Shown here piece by piece: positions 24,921 to 38,182 of a stretch of DNA of 64,000 nucleotides. This DNA comes from Vairimorpha necatrix. Its lineage: Eukaryota. The stretch covers positions 434,001 through 498,000 of the forward strand of contig CP142734.1 in assembly GCA_036630325.1 (NCBI GenBank), written 5' to 3'. Each line of letters opens with the position of its first letter. Position 1 is the stretch's first letter. Position numbers and translations under genes: made by a program. Below the pieces are notes generated by a model, which searched no databases, had not been told where the DNA came from, and saw only the letters and a program-made list of their open reading frames with translations.

Positions 24921-27900
24921 GGGGCATTGTTAGAAAGAATAATTTATAGTTTGATATTACAGCATCATGGTGCAAGTATAACATCTTCTACAAAATCTTC
25001 GATACATAATTTGACTGTTAACGTTCTGAATGTATAATTGAATAACACTTCTAGTCGTATATTAAGTGTATTTAAAAAATTTGAACAATTTTATTTTTTA
25101 CATGACAGCACTTGAAATGTGCTGTCAAAAAAATCAAAACATTAATAATTTGAGTCATAAAGTCAGATATGATCTAATTTTTTTAAAAAAAATATAAGTT
25201 TTAGATTCATTTAAAAGGCTATGGTCAAAGTAAAACAATCTATGTATGTAACCCTATGTATTATTCAAACTTTTGAATATCAATCTGTTTCTGTAAAATT
25301 CCATTAAGACGTAATAATATTTATAGATATTTCAAAATATATAAACGTTCTCTTATTTATAATAAAATCCTTTGCTTATTAGGAGGTCATACATTATGAA
25401 AAATCGAATATGATTAGTTACGTCCTTAAAAATCATCTTAGGACTAAAGCAAAGAAATAATACTTACAAAAAATAAAAGTTTATTTTTACTAATTTGCAA
25501 ATTGATTTATAACTACATACCAATATAACATATCGTATCTAAAATTTAAATATATTCAAGGTTATTTAGTCAAAATTACAGATAAAATACGGCAGAAAAA
25601 AAAATTATGAAAACAATAAAAGATAAATTCGTTATATAAAAAATATAATAAGAAAGATACAAAACAAAATTTAGTTCAAAGTGATAGAAGCCTTTCATTG
25701 AACTTCATAAATTGTAAATTATAAATAACAAGATCCTTTAGAATATGCTCCAAATTAATAAACAAGAGAAGCGGCCAAACAAATCAGAATGTATATAATT
25801 GTCTTTAAGAGTATTTAACCTGTATCGAAGGTTGTTTGCAAAAAGCACTCTATGGTTCTGCCCCAGCAAATATAATTTTTAATGTGTAAATTGTAATATT
25901 GTTTATTTAATTGGGATTTATTTCACTTCTATCTCGTCCTTAATGTGTTGGCTTGCTTAGGCAAAATAAAAAGAAAATATTTATATTAAAATATTTAGAA
26001 AAAGTATTTGGAGAATAGTAAAATAATGCCACAATCTAAAAATATCGGCCTAAAGTATAAATTTGGTAAAAAAAATTATTTAGTTTAGATATAATATATT
26101 AAAAAAATAAGTGAAGAACAGGTTAAATATCAAATCTTGCTAAGTAAAGATTATAAAATTTTTAACTTTATTTTTTGAACGTAAGGCCTTTTCTTTATCC
26201 CAGCATATGTTAGTATTAACGAAAAATTAAAATACATGAAATAATTATAGGATTAAAAAGAAATTTTGAAATATGATGATTAGTATGATACAATTGAAAA
26301 AAATACAAAGTAATTTAATAGGTCGATGTAAGTCTTAAAAAGACCAATATTAAAGAACTTTAATTTAGATGATTTGAATTTATTGGTATTAAAAGACTTG
26401 AGAGTTAATATAAACACATTGCAGATAAAAATGCAAGAATTGAAATCAATTTGATAGGATCTATAATTATACCTAATATTTCTTTATAAATAAAGGAAAC
26501 ACGAGTAAAACTTAAAAAAAAATATGGAGCAAATAAAATAGGGAAAACTTGAAAAGTAAAAAAATTGTATTAAAATAATATTAAACTAATCATAAGTAAT
26601 AAAAAAAACTTTTCTGAGGTTTTTAAGAAAATGAAGACATATAATCAATGTCGATGGTATAGTAACTTAAGAGATATAGATGTTGAAATTATAAAACGAA
26701 CGTAATAAATGGCGAGAAAAGAATAAGATTTCCGAAAACATTAGCTTTATTAATTTTAAATTATTTTATTTATGTTTTTTTAGGATCAAGATAAGAAAAT
26801 TACAAAAGTTTTTTTTAACAAATGCTAATATATAAATTGCTCCAGAAAATCATTTATTTGATAAATTCAATTAATAAATATACTTAAAATTTTTTATCTT
26901 ACACACTAACAGTTTATTATATGTTTATGTGGTATCACCATTGAGGAAAGTATTTAAAATATTTTTATTGTTAAAATTGTTTCTTCTTTCCATTACTCCG
27001 TACCCCTCCCCCGGATAAAATGATTGAATAAATGTTGGAGGGAAAACTGGACGAATTTGGCGGAAAAAAATTTAAAAACTATTTTTATGATATTTGGGAT
27101 ATCATAGTTTATACTAAGACTTGACAACAAATACAAAAATGAATGGATATTTTTTTTATAAATATAAAATTGCGCGAATTAAAAGTATTTTCATTTTCAT
27201 TGATTACATATAAAAAAATCTGTAACAGTACATATTATACAATCCCTTTAAAGAAGTAAACAATATAAATTATATCTTTTGCTTTCAAGATTTCTGTCTA
27301 TAAAAATTGAAAGGATAGAAAAAAAAAATTTTAAATAATGATAACACTATTTATAAACAAATATTGTAATTTTTAACATTAAAGAATAAAAACAAGAAAA
27401 TTACTTGAAGCTAAAAATGCTAAAAGAAAATTTTTCATATCGAAATCCGCATACAATAATAAAAAAGATAGTTTGATCGACTGAGCTGTACACTCTATGG
27501 GAATATTAGGTATGACAGACAAATAAATTTTCGTAAATTTTGTAATCAAAAGAGCATATATATATATATATACTTAATGATCTGTATAACGTTGTAATTT
27601 TTAGTCGGTGAGATCATTTTGTCGAAGTAACACCAAAAAAAATACGTAGTCTATAAATTACTATATACAATAGCGATTAATAATAAAACAACTTTTTTCC
27701 CAAGTTTTGTAATTTCTTAACTATAAAAAATAACAAAAAATTATTTGTTTAATATCAAAACTATAAAGCACCAAGTGTTTAATTAAATCATCAACAATAT
27801 TTTTTTCATATTTTAGAATAATATCAAACATAATATAATGACCAATCAGATAAATAAACTCAACTTAATTTGTTTTAATTAATATTATAATTGTTTCAGA

Positions 27901-27931
27901 ATATTGTTAAAAAAAAATAAATACACTTCTT

Positions 27932-28375
27932 ATGATTTTTATATTTTTTTGTGTAACCTTACAGGACTACATAAAACACTTCAACGAAGACAAATTTATA
28001 CAAGGATCATTATCAGATGGTATTGCTAAATCTGTTGAAAAATCTAAAGTAAACGAGAGAGATGATTTTCGAATATCATCTATATGGAAAGAGCAAAAAT
28101 GTTACATTTATTCAACAGAACTTAAAAAAGTATTTAGCATAGGAGACGATGAGAAACTAAAGTATGAAGATAAAGCAGAGGGTAAAGAATCAGAAAGATT
28201 TGGAGTGGTAGCAATTGGTCCAAAGACATATGTTTTTAAAAATAATAATAAATGCATTGAATATGATAAGAGCAGCGATACATACTTAGCTAAAGAATGT
28301 AGTTTATCAGATAATCAAAAATTTATTATTCTTTACAAAATTGGTGATAATAATATTGTAACTGAGTTCGAATAA
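27932..28375 (+). CDS. Ricin B-type lectin-like protein
   Basis: Short hydrophobic leader. Beta-trefoil-like motif NNKCIEYD....LAKECS..DNQKF. Confidence 0.75.
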   Translation: MIFIFFCVTLQDYIKHFNEDKFIQGSLSDGIAKSVEKSKVNERDDFRISSIWKEQKCYIYSTELKKVFSIGDDEKLKYEDKAEGKESERFGVVAIGPKTYVFKNNNKCIEYDKSSDTYLAKECSLSDNQKFIILYKIGDNNIVTEFE

Positions 28376-29165
28376 AATGATAGATACAAAATAAATTTAC
28401 ATTTAAATTTGTATACATGTGTTACATTTCGATTATCAAAAAAACATTTAAACAAAAATTACGAAATATAATTTAACAGTTTTAAAAAAATTTAACATAT
28501 TTTTTTTTATAATTATGCGTTTAAAAATATGCGATGACTCTTAAATTATAAAAAGGTCCCTTCAAAAATATTGTTAGTACAAACAAACAACAACTTATTA
28601 TCGAACTAGAGATTTTATAGGATAAAAAAATTTTATGCACATAATAGAGCTACAACCGAAAAACAACAACTAAATATAAGAATAAATGTGCCAATAGGTA
28701 CTAAACAGTAATTACAAACGAATTAATTTCGAATGTATCATAGTATGGACGTCTTAAAAATTAGCTTTAAAGAGCTAAATTTTTAACAATGAATTATTAG
28801 TAATCATATACCTGTAAATATAGCCTATATTACATTCGACTTGCTAAATAAGTACAATCAAAAACGACTCGGTTATTTGTATTATAACTTTGATTTATAA
28901 CAAGATTACATGTCTTGGAGCAAAGATGGACCGCAAAACAACATCTACTTTTATGTTTAAATAAAATTCACTTTTAATTAGACAGTTGAGTGAAATGATT
29001 TTTCTCATGATCGGAATATATTCTCAGTGATATAAATAGTAAGTGTAAAGCAAACACAAACATTATTGAAAATTTTATATATAGTAATACGAAAAAATGA
29101 TGTATATTCATTTTATATTGCACTTAACATTATAAAACAATGTTGAGAACCGAACAACTAATTTA

Positions 29166-29930
29166 TTATTTATTAGGTAATTCTAACAATACTAAATGAC
29201 TCGGGCCTTCTTTGAATGTGCAAAGTTGCCTTATATGTTTACATTTACCACTAGATATTTTACCTTTACCTTTTGCACCATTATAAAATATTTTACCTCT
29301 ACGTTTTCCGCCACTAAAAGGTATTTTGTCTTTACGTTTTTGACAAATAATAGATATTTCACCTGTACCTTGTTCACCATCATTAGATATTTCACTTTTA
29401 CCATTTCCACCACCATCAGATTTCTCATCTTTACGCTTTTCACCACTAATAGATGTTTCATCTTTAACTTTTATATCTGTAATCGAGACCTTGTCTTTAT
29501 TGGGAGAACCATTTTCTTTTTTTAGTACAAATTTAAGTTTAAACTCAGAATTAAAAGTCTTACAGCCACCAGCAATAAATATATTTTTTTCTTCGTCGTA
29601 TACTATGCATTTATCTTTATTTACTATCGTGTGTAATTCATACAAATAATAATTAACATCAAATATCTGATTTGATCCTCCATGCTTCTTAGATAAAACT
29701 AAAATATCATCTTCAATAGTAAAAACTTTATCATATTTTAACACATTAAGAAAGTAAACACCTTTATCTTCTTGAATTATTTCTGTTCTTAAGATTTCAT
29801 CTTTATTAGTACATCCAAAGACATTTTTGCCGTCTTTACTACATATACTTATATTTTGATCCCGAGTTGTGAATGTTACTTCTGTAGAATAGCATAACTT
29901 GAAAATAAACAGAAGAATTACAGGATACAT
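29166..29930 (-). CDS. Ricin B-type lectin-like protein with a C-terminal Gly/Lys-rich repeat tail
   Basis: Signal peptide; HGGSNQIF and KDKCIVYD...FIAGGC motifs; 11-aa repeats in the tail. Confidence 0.75.
   Translation of the reverse strand: MYPVILLFIFKLCYSTEVTFTTRDQNISICSKDGKNVFGCTNKDEILRTEIIQEDKGVYFLNVLKYDKVFTIEDDILVLSKKHGGSNQIFDVNYYLYELHTIVNKDKCIVYDEEKNIFIAGGCKTFNSEFKLKFVLKKENGSPNKDKVSITDIKVKDETSISGEKRKDEKSDGGGNGKSEISNDGEQGTGEISIICQKRKDKIPFSGGKRRGKIFYNGAKGKGKISSGKCKHIRQLCTFKEGPSHLVLLELPNK
29230..29460 (-). repeat. Degenerate ~33-bp coding tandem repeat, ~7 copies
   Basis: Peptide units ISGEKRKDEKS / DGGGNGKSEIS / NDGEQGTGEIS / IICQKRKDKIP / FSGGKRRGKIF / YNGAKGKGKIS. Confidence 0.7.
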
Positions 29931-32229
29931 ATAATATTTGTAAATATTAAAAAAAAATATTATTATAGTTTAGTTGACAAATAAAAAGTGAAACGTTTAT
30001 ATTATGAGCATAATTTGTTAGTACATCACAAATATAAAACAAATAAGCTTTGAAATTATGATATTCGTTTTAAAAGTATAATTGCATAGTCTGAAAAGTT
30101 ACAAAAGCAGTAATTTGGTGCAAAAAAAACTTTATATATAAAAACGTGTAGGTACATATTTAACCAATAAGAATAAAAAATTCAATACATGTTTAAAACT
30201 GTTTTGCAAAACCTAAGTTATTTTTACAGGCTGTTATATTAGTATGTTTAAATTTTTATGATTTTAAAGTACTGCATTGATCAAGTACATCTTAAATTTG
30301 TATTATAATTTCTACTGCAATAATGTTTAGCAACCATTTTTTTATAAATGCCTGTGAAACTATAAAATACCTATAGCAAAAAAATAATCATTATTAATAC
30401 ATAAACTTAAAAAACCTTTTCTTTTGATGTATTAATAAAATTTGTGTTCAACGAAATCTACATATTTATCTTTTTTCAAAAAAGACTAAATGCGCATATT
30501 TCCAACATCTATGTAGAAATGTTTTTTTTATAAAATTTTGCAATTTCGATGTAAATTTTATAAATACAAAAAGGCCTGTGTTAAGTCTATATCAATTATT
30601 TTTTATTCATAAGAAGCCTTGTTTTTGTTTCGATTTAAGAATTTTAATTTTTTGTTTAGGTATACTTTTTATATCATTATTACAAGGAGATTACAACTGC
30701 ACCAAAACAAAAAAATATAGCTGTAATGAATTTTTATCTTGTCCAAATATTAAGAAAATGATTATAAAAAAATAAACAAAATACGTTATGATAATAAAAA
30801 TTTTTTTTAAAAGAAATTTATAAAAAAACCATAAATTAAAATTTTAAAAATTAATTTCTTGTTCATTATGACTCCATTCGTCATTTTTATTATTCATAAT
30901 CAGCAGTTTACTCACGCCCCATTTCCCTACAATTGAACATTTACGCAGAAAACTTTTTAAATTACTTAATAGTTAAAACCCCAAATTTAAAATCTAATTT
31001 TAATTTACTAATTTTAAGCGGTACAATTTGTCATATCATCTTAAGTAACACATAAGACACCAATGTAGAAATAATTCTTCGAACAAACACAGTAAATAAT
31101 GTAGAATATACCTTTTATTTGTCTTTTATGGTTTGAGGTTTTAAGTGTTAAAAGTTTTAAAATTTATGTATTTAGTTTTCAAGGGTTTTTTATCCTTAAT
31201 TGATAAATTTTTTTGTTAAGTTGGGTTTATGATTTCTACTTCATTTCTAAAATAACATAAAAGCATGCATGATTAAATTGTGTAGTAACGCATGGTTATC
31301 ATGTTTTATTGCTTTGTAATTAATAGTTAAGAAGTATAGCGTATTTTTTATTCGTTTTTGAAAATGCATAATGACACACTTAGACACATAAATCATCAAC
31401 CCGAATGAGCAGAGATATATAATTTTATATTTGATGTTTTTTGGATAAAGCTTATAATGAATCACGCAAAAAAATAAATAATACATTTAAACTTTTAATT
31501 TTAGTTGTGCAATTTAATTTAAGTATGCGAGATACCTATCAAAAGTATAGAAATTAATGGATTAGATCTTATATCTAGAATAAACGGTAAACGAAACATA
31601 TATAATTATTTTGCAAGTAGGAGTTAGATAGCCCCCTACATTGGAACTAGGAAAACTTGCGTGGGATCCATATCAAACCATGGTGTATATAATTTTATTA
31701 ATTCCTCCAATAAAACAAGCCTTTATTAGCGAGCTAAGCTATTTCATAGGCGATGGATCATGGAGTGTATTTTTCAATCTATACCCCAAATCATGCCCTG
31801 TAGGTTTCACTTTAAATATACAAGACGTGCATGCTTTTAATATCCAACAAAAAATTGTAATATCTCAAAAAAAAAATATACAATTACCAGTATTGTCTAC
31901 GCGGCTAGCTACATCGTTACATACACATAGCGTTTTAATATCTATGTAGACCACTAATCTTCCACAAGTTTATGTCCATTTAACATAATCTTATAGGATA
32001 GTGTTTACGAGTAGTTCTATTGCTCTACTTGGTCTGGGATTAAGTTAGATCTGGATCTTGTATAGCCTCTAACTTAACTGTACCAAAGAGAAATGTATTC
32101 GATCGATAAGCCATTAACTTAGGGTATTATTTATGTCTTTAATATGTGTTTCATTACTATAAGTTAATTCCATTATAAATTACGTGCACAGGGTGAATTA
32201 ACTGCATAATTATTGTATATATTTATAAA

Positions 32230-33300
32230 ATTTGAGGTGTCTAACTTTAGTGTATAAAATTGGTTCTTCAGATACCTCAGAAATTGATCCCGCCAGGCTC
32301 AATATAAGCTACGCATAATTCAGTGGGCTTTTGGCATTTTTTAACAGAAATATTTAGTCGAAAAGAGTTCGAGAAGATCATAAAAAGAATTTGATCTGTT
32401 AGAAAAACAATGCAGGAACTCAAGAGGCGCATACTCAATCAGATGTCTATTATAGCATACTTTGAATAGCTATTATTAATATACTGATGCTTGTTTGTAA
32501 TGATACGGTATCTCTTTAACAGCTAAAACAGTATAAATAAAATAATTGGACTTTTTTTGTGCTAATAGTAATAGTGCTCGGATTAAAAAAACACTATTGA
32601 ACAAAAATTTAGAATATGAATAGAAAAATCAACATTAGAAACATTTTTAGATCTATAAAACCAGGAAAAAAATCAGATTTTAGGTTTTTGGTACATATAT
32701 TTAAAACAAGATCCATGAAAGCCTGGTGGAATATAAGGTCATTGTTGTTACAAAAATAAAATTTTACTTTATATTAATAAAGCCGAAGTCAAAGCTAATT
32801 GAACGGAAGCAACAACGGATATTGGAAAGTAAAGATGTTTAAAAAGTAAGCAGATTTTTGTTCTTTATCATGACCTCTCTGGCAATGGATGAAAATAATT
32901 ATATGTAAAATCAGTGAAAAATATTGATGGGATAAAGGACTTGAATTTTTTAAGGCAATATAGTGAATTGCTCGATTTGCCAATAAAATCTCTAATTAAT
33001 GAGGAAGAAAAAATTACAAATAAGTCTTACCAATAAATTGCTTTTAAGAGGTATATTCACTGCGATAATTAGTAAAAGTTATATTCTTTTCAAGAATTTT
33101 TATGTGACAATTTATATACAAAGAGCGAACGTTGGCCGAGTAAAATAAGGACATGGATTTGTTTTATTTTTACACCCGAAAATAAGAATGCTTATATTTT
33201 AATGCCTAAAAAATATTTATGAGACAATAAATAAAAGTTTTAAACAAAACAATAAGGATTTGACAAAGGTAGAGTTAAATGGAACTACGAGTCATATTAT
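32230..33300 (+). mobile_element. Highly degenerate Gypsy pol remnant (RNase H-integrase)
   Basis: Scattered motifs in the expected order: YTDA (~32480), YKPGK (~32655), DKGLEF (~32931). No open frame and no LTRs found. Confidence 0.45.
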
Positions 33301-35889
33301 AACCGAATTATTACTGGATTAGCTATTTCATGCACGGTGGTTAATAGGTATAACCCAGGATGGCAATGAAACATTTGTGGTAGGGCTTTGTTTGTTTTTT
33401 GGCTTTTGCTTTCATATCCTAGATCATCAATGGTTTCTCAAAAATATATTTTATCAGGTAGTAACAAGGAAATATAAGATAATATTATAAATGCTTACTA
33501 TCGCTAAACTATTTATAGTAAAGCCTTGAGACCACATAGAGATGTATAGATTCTCATATGATAGATCTTCAACTGTGGAAATGGGAAAAGATTGAGTAAG
33601 AGATAGTGTTCAGAATGCTTAAATTATATTTCTAATAAATCATAGACAACATGTAAACAGAGAAAATCTTTGGAGGTTTGTAAGGTTCAAAATATTTAAC
33701 AAAAGCTTTTTGGACCATTTAGCTAATATAAAACATCTTTAAAATTTTACTAGATTGAAAGTGTGATGTCTATCTTTGCTGAGCTTATCAGCTGTGGTGA
33801 TTTATGCAATCTGTTTTGATTTATAAATGTCAATAAAATTTAACTAATGTTTTTGTCCGAAAACTCATAGATTTATTTTTAAAGAAAATATCATACACAT
33901 AATAAAAGTAATAAGACATTAGTAATAAACAAATCCAAGGGATTTGTTTTATAAAATTTGTTTTAAAAAATTACTATTTAATTTGTATAATCCTATTTAA
34001 ATGCTTAAAATTTAGATATAAAAATTAAATTAGAGACAATTTATAGAAGATAACCTAATTTACCATATCCAATGTATCAAGTATATTCACGTGAAAAGAT
34101 TACTTAAATAGTTCGATGTATTATGCAAAAAATTAATTATACACAGTCGAAATTTGTTTTGCAGAACTGTACCTTAATTCTGAGTAACTTTAGAAATAAT
34201 TTAAATACGGAAATCAGAAATATATTAACAAATACTAATTTGGTTACTGAATAATATGTGATAGATTCCAAAAAGCATTTTGAATTTATTCAGATTGTCT
34301 AAATTTCCTCAATACTTAGACTAAAATTTTATAAACTATATAAATTACATTTACTCGTATTTTAATAGACAATTGCGAGGCACCGTGTATTGTTTGCATT
34401 ATTATATAAGTTATTAATATAACTACGAATATAAAATTCTATTTGGCTGATGTGTTGTACTTAAATTCTACTCAAGTGAAAAAACATTCATTTTATTTCA
34501 GTATTCAGAACTCTGCCTTTTTACTTACATTTACAACTATGAGCCTAACTATATTCCAACTTTCCAGCAATATCTATAGTAATATGAAATAATATGAGAT
34601 TAATTTTACTTATAACCAAGAAACATTTTTAGGAATTAAAAAAAGAGTAAAGGGCTGGAGTCCAAACATATAAAAAGCCAATAATTAAAATTTTGCGACA
34701 AAACTATATTCTTTTAAAAATATAAAATTAGCAACATAATTTAACTAAAAGACCATGTATACATAAGTTATGGTGCTCTACACGCTGCTATTAGAAAAAA
34801 AAAGCAAATTTTATAAATTTTATGGTTTTACAATAGTGTTGTTTTTTTTTTTCATAGGATACAGTTATTTCGTCTCAGTTCGCTATTATATATTTCTTGA
34901 ATAACTTCTTAAAAGACGTAAAGCATTGCTATTAAAACACGCAGACTGAAATTTCGCTAAATTATCTTTATAAATTATCACAAGTTGCCATTTTTAAAAA
35001 ATATAAAATCCACTAATTTATCATTATCGTACGAGTCTGCCAAAGTTGTAAATATTTGTATTTCAAAAAAACCAGTTAAAAACAAATCTACATATCAAAA
35101 ATATTTAAAACTTAAAATTCAGTAGTGTTTTATCAGATATTAATCATAAATTACTATGGCTAAAATGTAAAGATATGAACTGAAAATAAAAAAACAACCC
35201 TTGAAGATTTTTATGTGCTTCATAGCTGATACTTTTAACTTTTTATATGATTTTTCTGTTGATTTTATATAATTACAAGCAAATTTTAACTTTTTTGTTC
35301 ATTAACTTATAATTGTCATAGAATGAATAAGTAATTCTAAAAATCTAACCCCTGATTGTTTTTTATGTTGATATATATATATATATTAGGCAAGAATGTC
35401 AAATTAAATTATGTTATTTCAATCTACTTAAAACACCATCGTAAAATTTTTTCTCTTTAGAAACATATTAAAATTATAAATTTCGTAGTAGCTCTTGGGC
35501 TCCTACATGTTTGACATTTCTTAATATTTATCACCTTTATTATTTATCATAAGCAACATGGAAGGAAAAGAGATGAAAACAAATAAACAATTAAATACTT
35601 CCAACAATCATTAAAAAAGATTGGTAATTATGATTGTAACTGCGTATGTGTTCTGTTATTATTTATATATAAAAAAAATCCTTATTATGAAAATTTTTTC
35701 ATAATTACACACGCGATCTAACAAAAAAATTATAAAATTCGTTTTATAATTTTAGATTACTACTGAACAATATATCAAATAAAATTAATTATTTATAATT
35801 GGTTTTCTATATTTTTACTAATTTAATTCCATATGGTAGTAATATATAATATAAACTACAATAAAACAACCATAAAAAAATATTAATAA

Positions 35890-36409
35890 CTAGCGTATGC
35901 TTTCCCGTTTTGAAAACGGGATTTACATGTTTAGTTTTTTAATATGTATTTCCCCTTTTAATTTTGTTAAGTTTCCATTTTGGGATGAATGAATTTAAAA
36001 AGGAGAAAACATGATTTTTAAAAATACTTTTTAGCAACATATAAGGAGTAAAGTTGAGCTAAAATATTTAATAATTATAATGAGATAATTTTGGGATTTT
36101 CTAAGCTCAAGTTTTGACATTTATATTCAAAATCTTTATTAATAAATTAATTTGCAATTTTTCGTGGAAGGGTTAAATAAATTCTAAAAAACGATTCTGA
36201 CGATATTTTGGAACTGAGTTTTACAAAAAACTTTATTAAAAACGAAAAGTATTAACATATAGTATACGCATCTATAATTATCAAATTGAAACATTAAATC
36301 TATATATGATATTATATTAACGTAAAAGGCTCAAAATGTATCGTTAGAAATTTCAAATTCACAAAAAAAGAGGGGTAAAAAATTAAATAAAATTCTTTTA
36401 TATATATGA
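35890..36409 (-). mobile_element. Non-autonomous Helitron, ~520 bp
   Basis: Minus strand: A|TCATATATAT 5' end, subterminal hairpin CCCGTTTT-C-AAAACGGG (35904-35920), CTAG|T 3' end. No TSD. A second copy starts at 61310. Confidence 0.8.
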
Positions 36410-37855
36410 TGTATTTTACAAGTTAATCTTCATATTAAAAAGATAATATGTTTAATTTTTGGTTTAATAGCAAAAAATTCTTATCATATCATAATATTTT
36501 TAACTCAAAATCATAGAATAATGAAAAATTGACTAGATATAATCTGCAGTACTTCCTATCTATAGAGTAAAAAATGTGTGTGTAATTGTTATATTGTACC
36601 TTACTTTTATTATTATTATTTTCAAATATATCATTTCTAAGCAAAAACTTAAAGTTGTATAATCGTATTTCCTGCATCTTAGATTTAACTTAAGCGAACA
36701 AAAAAACCGCCCTAACTAAGTATTAAAACAAAAATTCAAATATTATATAAATAAAAGTAATATGTTATACGAGCAAATTTTCATTGTATAGTATTTTAAT
36801 GAGTTTTTAGAAATTTGATATTCATAAAAATCTCATCAAATAAACTAATCAAACGAAGCTTAAGACAATATATACAACTATGCAATAATTATAGGGACCA
36901 GACGGAAATCATTAGAAAAGGCAATTGGTAATGTAAATAATATTAGAGATGAGACTTCCAACAGATTAATTTTTAAAGGTATTTACATTCTGATAAGGAT
37001 CAAATAAACTTATTTTATTCTCAAAAAGATACTAAATATAATTAAGAACTAGGAACAAAATATCAAATATGGTCGGCATATATAAATTGGTCTGATTTGC
37101 TGTGGTAATTTTATGTAAATATTTTATAGATTCTAATCTGAATTATAATATCTTTGGACATTGTGATAAAAATTATGAACAAAAACTAAATAATAAAAAT
37201 AAATCCGTGCAATTATAACGACAAGAAAGATAAGAAACATATGACGGGGAAGGTTGGTTCAAAAAAATGGCGCTTTACTAGTAGATCAAATAGACAGTAT
37301 TAGGGTGTGCAACTTTATTTCTGTAAAGTAGAAGTTTTACTCATGTGCAAGTAGCATGAGAAATAAGAGGTAACTGAACTATCTATGTATAGTTTTAAAA
37401 ATTAGTTTTGTATTTCGTATTTTTTCTCCAATTCTTATAAGTGCATGTCTCAAGGAATTACAAGAGCTTTAGTGTGTATTAGGGATCGAGATATAAGCCG
37501 ATGAGAATAAACTTAAAAATGTTGTTCACGAAATCATAAGACTTGAGATATAATCGAATCAAATGCAAGATGCGTTTTTATATAATGAAGCCAATAAGAA
37601 TAGGCTATAGTAAGATAAGATAATTCTAATGTTTAAAGAAACTTTATTCTTTCAAATTAGGAAATCATTGATTTCGAGAATATTTAAACAAAATTTTTAA
37701 TAAACTTAGTGTTTTTTTACATTACTATATATAATTCCTCCATAGACTTTGATTTTTTGCGACTGCACAAACGACAACAATGACATTTGAAGTATACATT
37801 TTAAATGACATTTGTATAAATATAAATTAGATTTTAGTATTGGATAATATACAAA

Positions 37856-38182
37856 TTACCCACGTTTGATAGATCTCATAATGGATCCAATTATTATAAA
37901 TGGAAAGGCAATAATCAGAAAGAACATAAAAAACGCACAAAAAAAATCATCCGAGAATGCATCATCTTTGTATTTTGTTGTAGTAGGTTGATCTCGTGTT
38001 TTGTTTACTTGAACAAGTTGTTTGTTTTTTTTCGGAGGCCTTTCTTCACTTGAACTTGAACTTGTACTTGTACTTGAGCTAGAACTTGAACTGGTTCTAG
38101 AACTAGATTCGCTATTTTTTTCTTTGATACGAATTGAAAATATTACGTTTAAGAATATACAGAATAAATTTCTAATAAACAT
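37856..38182 (-). CDS. 108-aa signal-peptide, Ser-rich, C-terminal TM protein
   Basis: CCCCC-ATG, hydrophobic leader, poly-Ser/Thr tract, TM FFCAFFMFFLIIAFPFIIIG. Confidence 0.75.
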   Translation of the reverse strand: MFIRNLFCIFLNVIFSIRIKEKNSESSSRTSSSSSSSTSTSSSSSEERPPKKNKQLVQVNKTRDQPTTTKYKDDAFSDDFFCAFFMFFLIIAFPFIIIGSIMRSIKRG

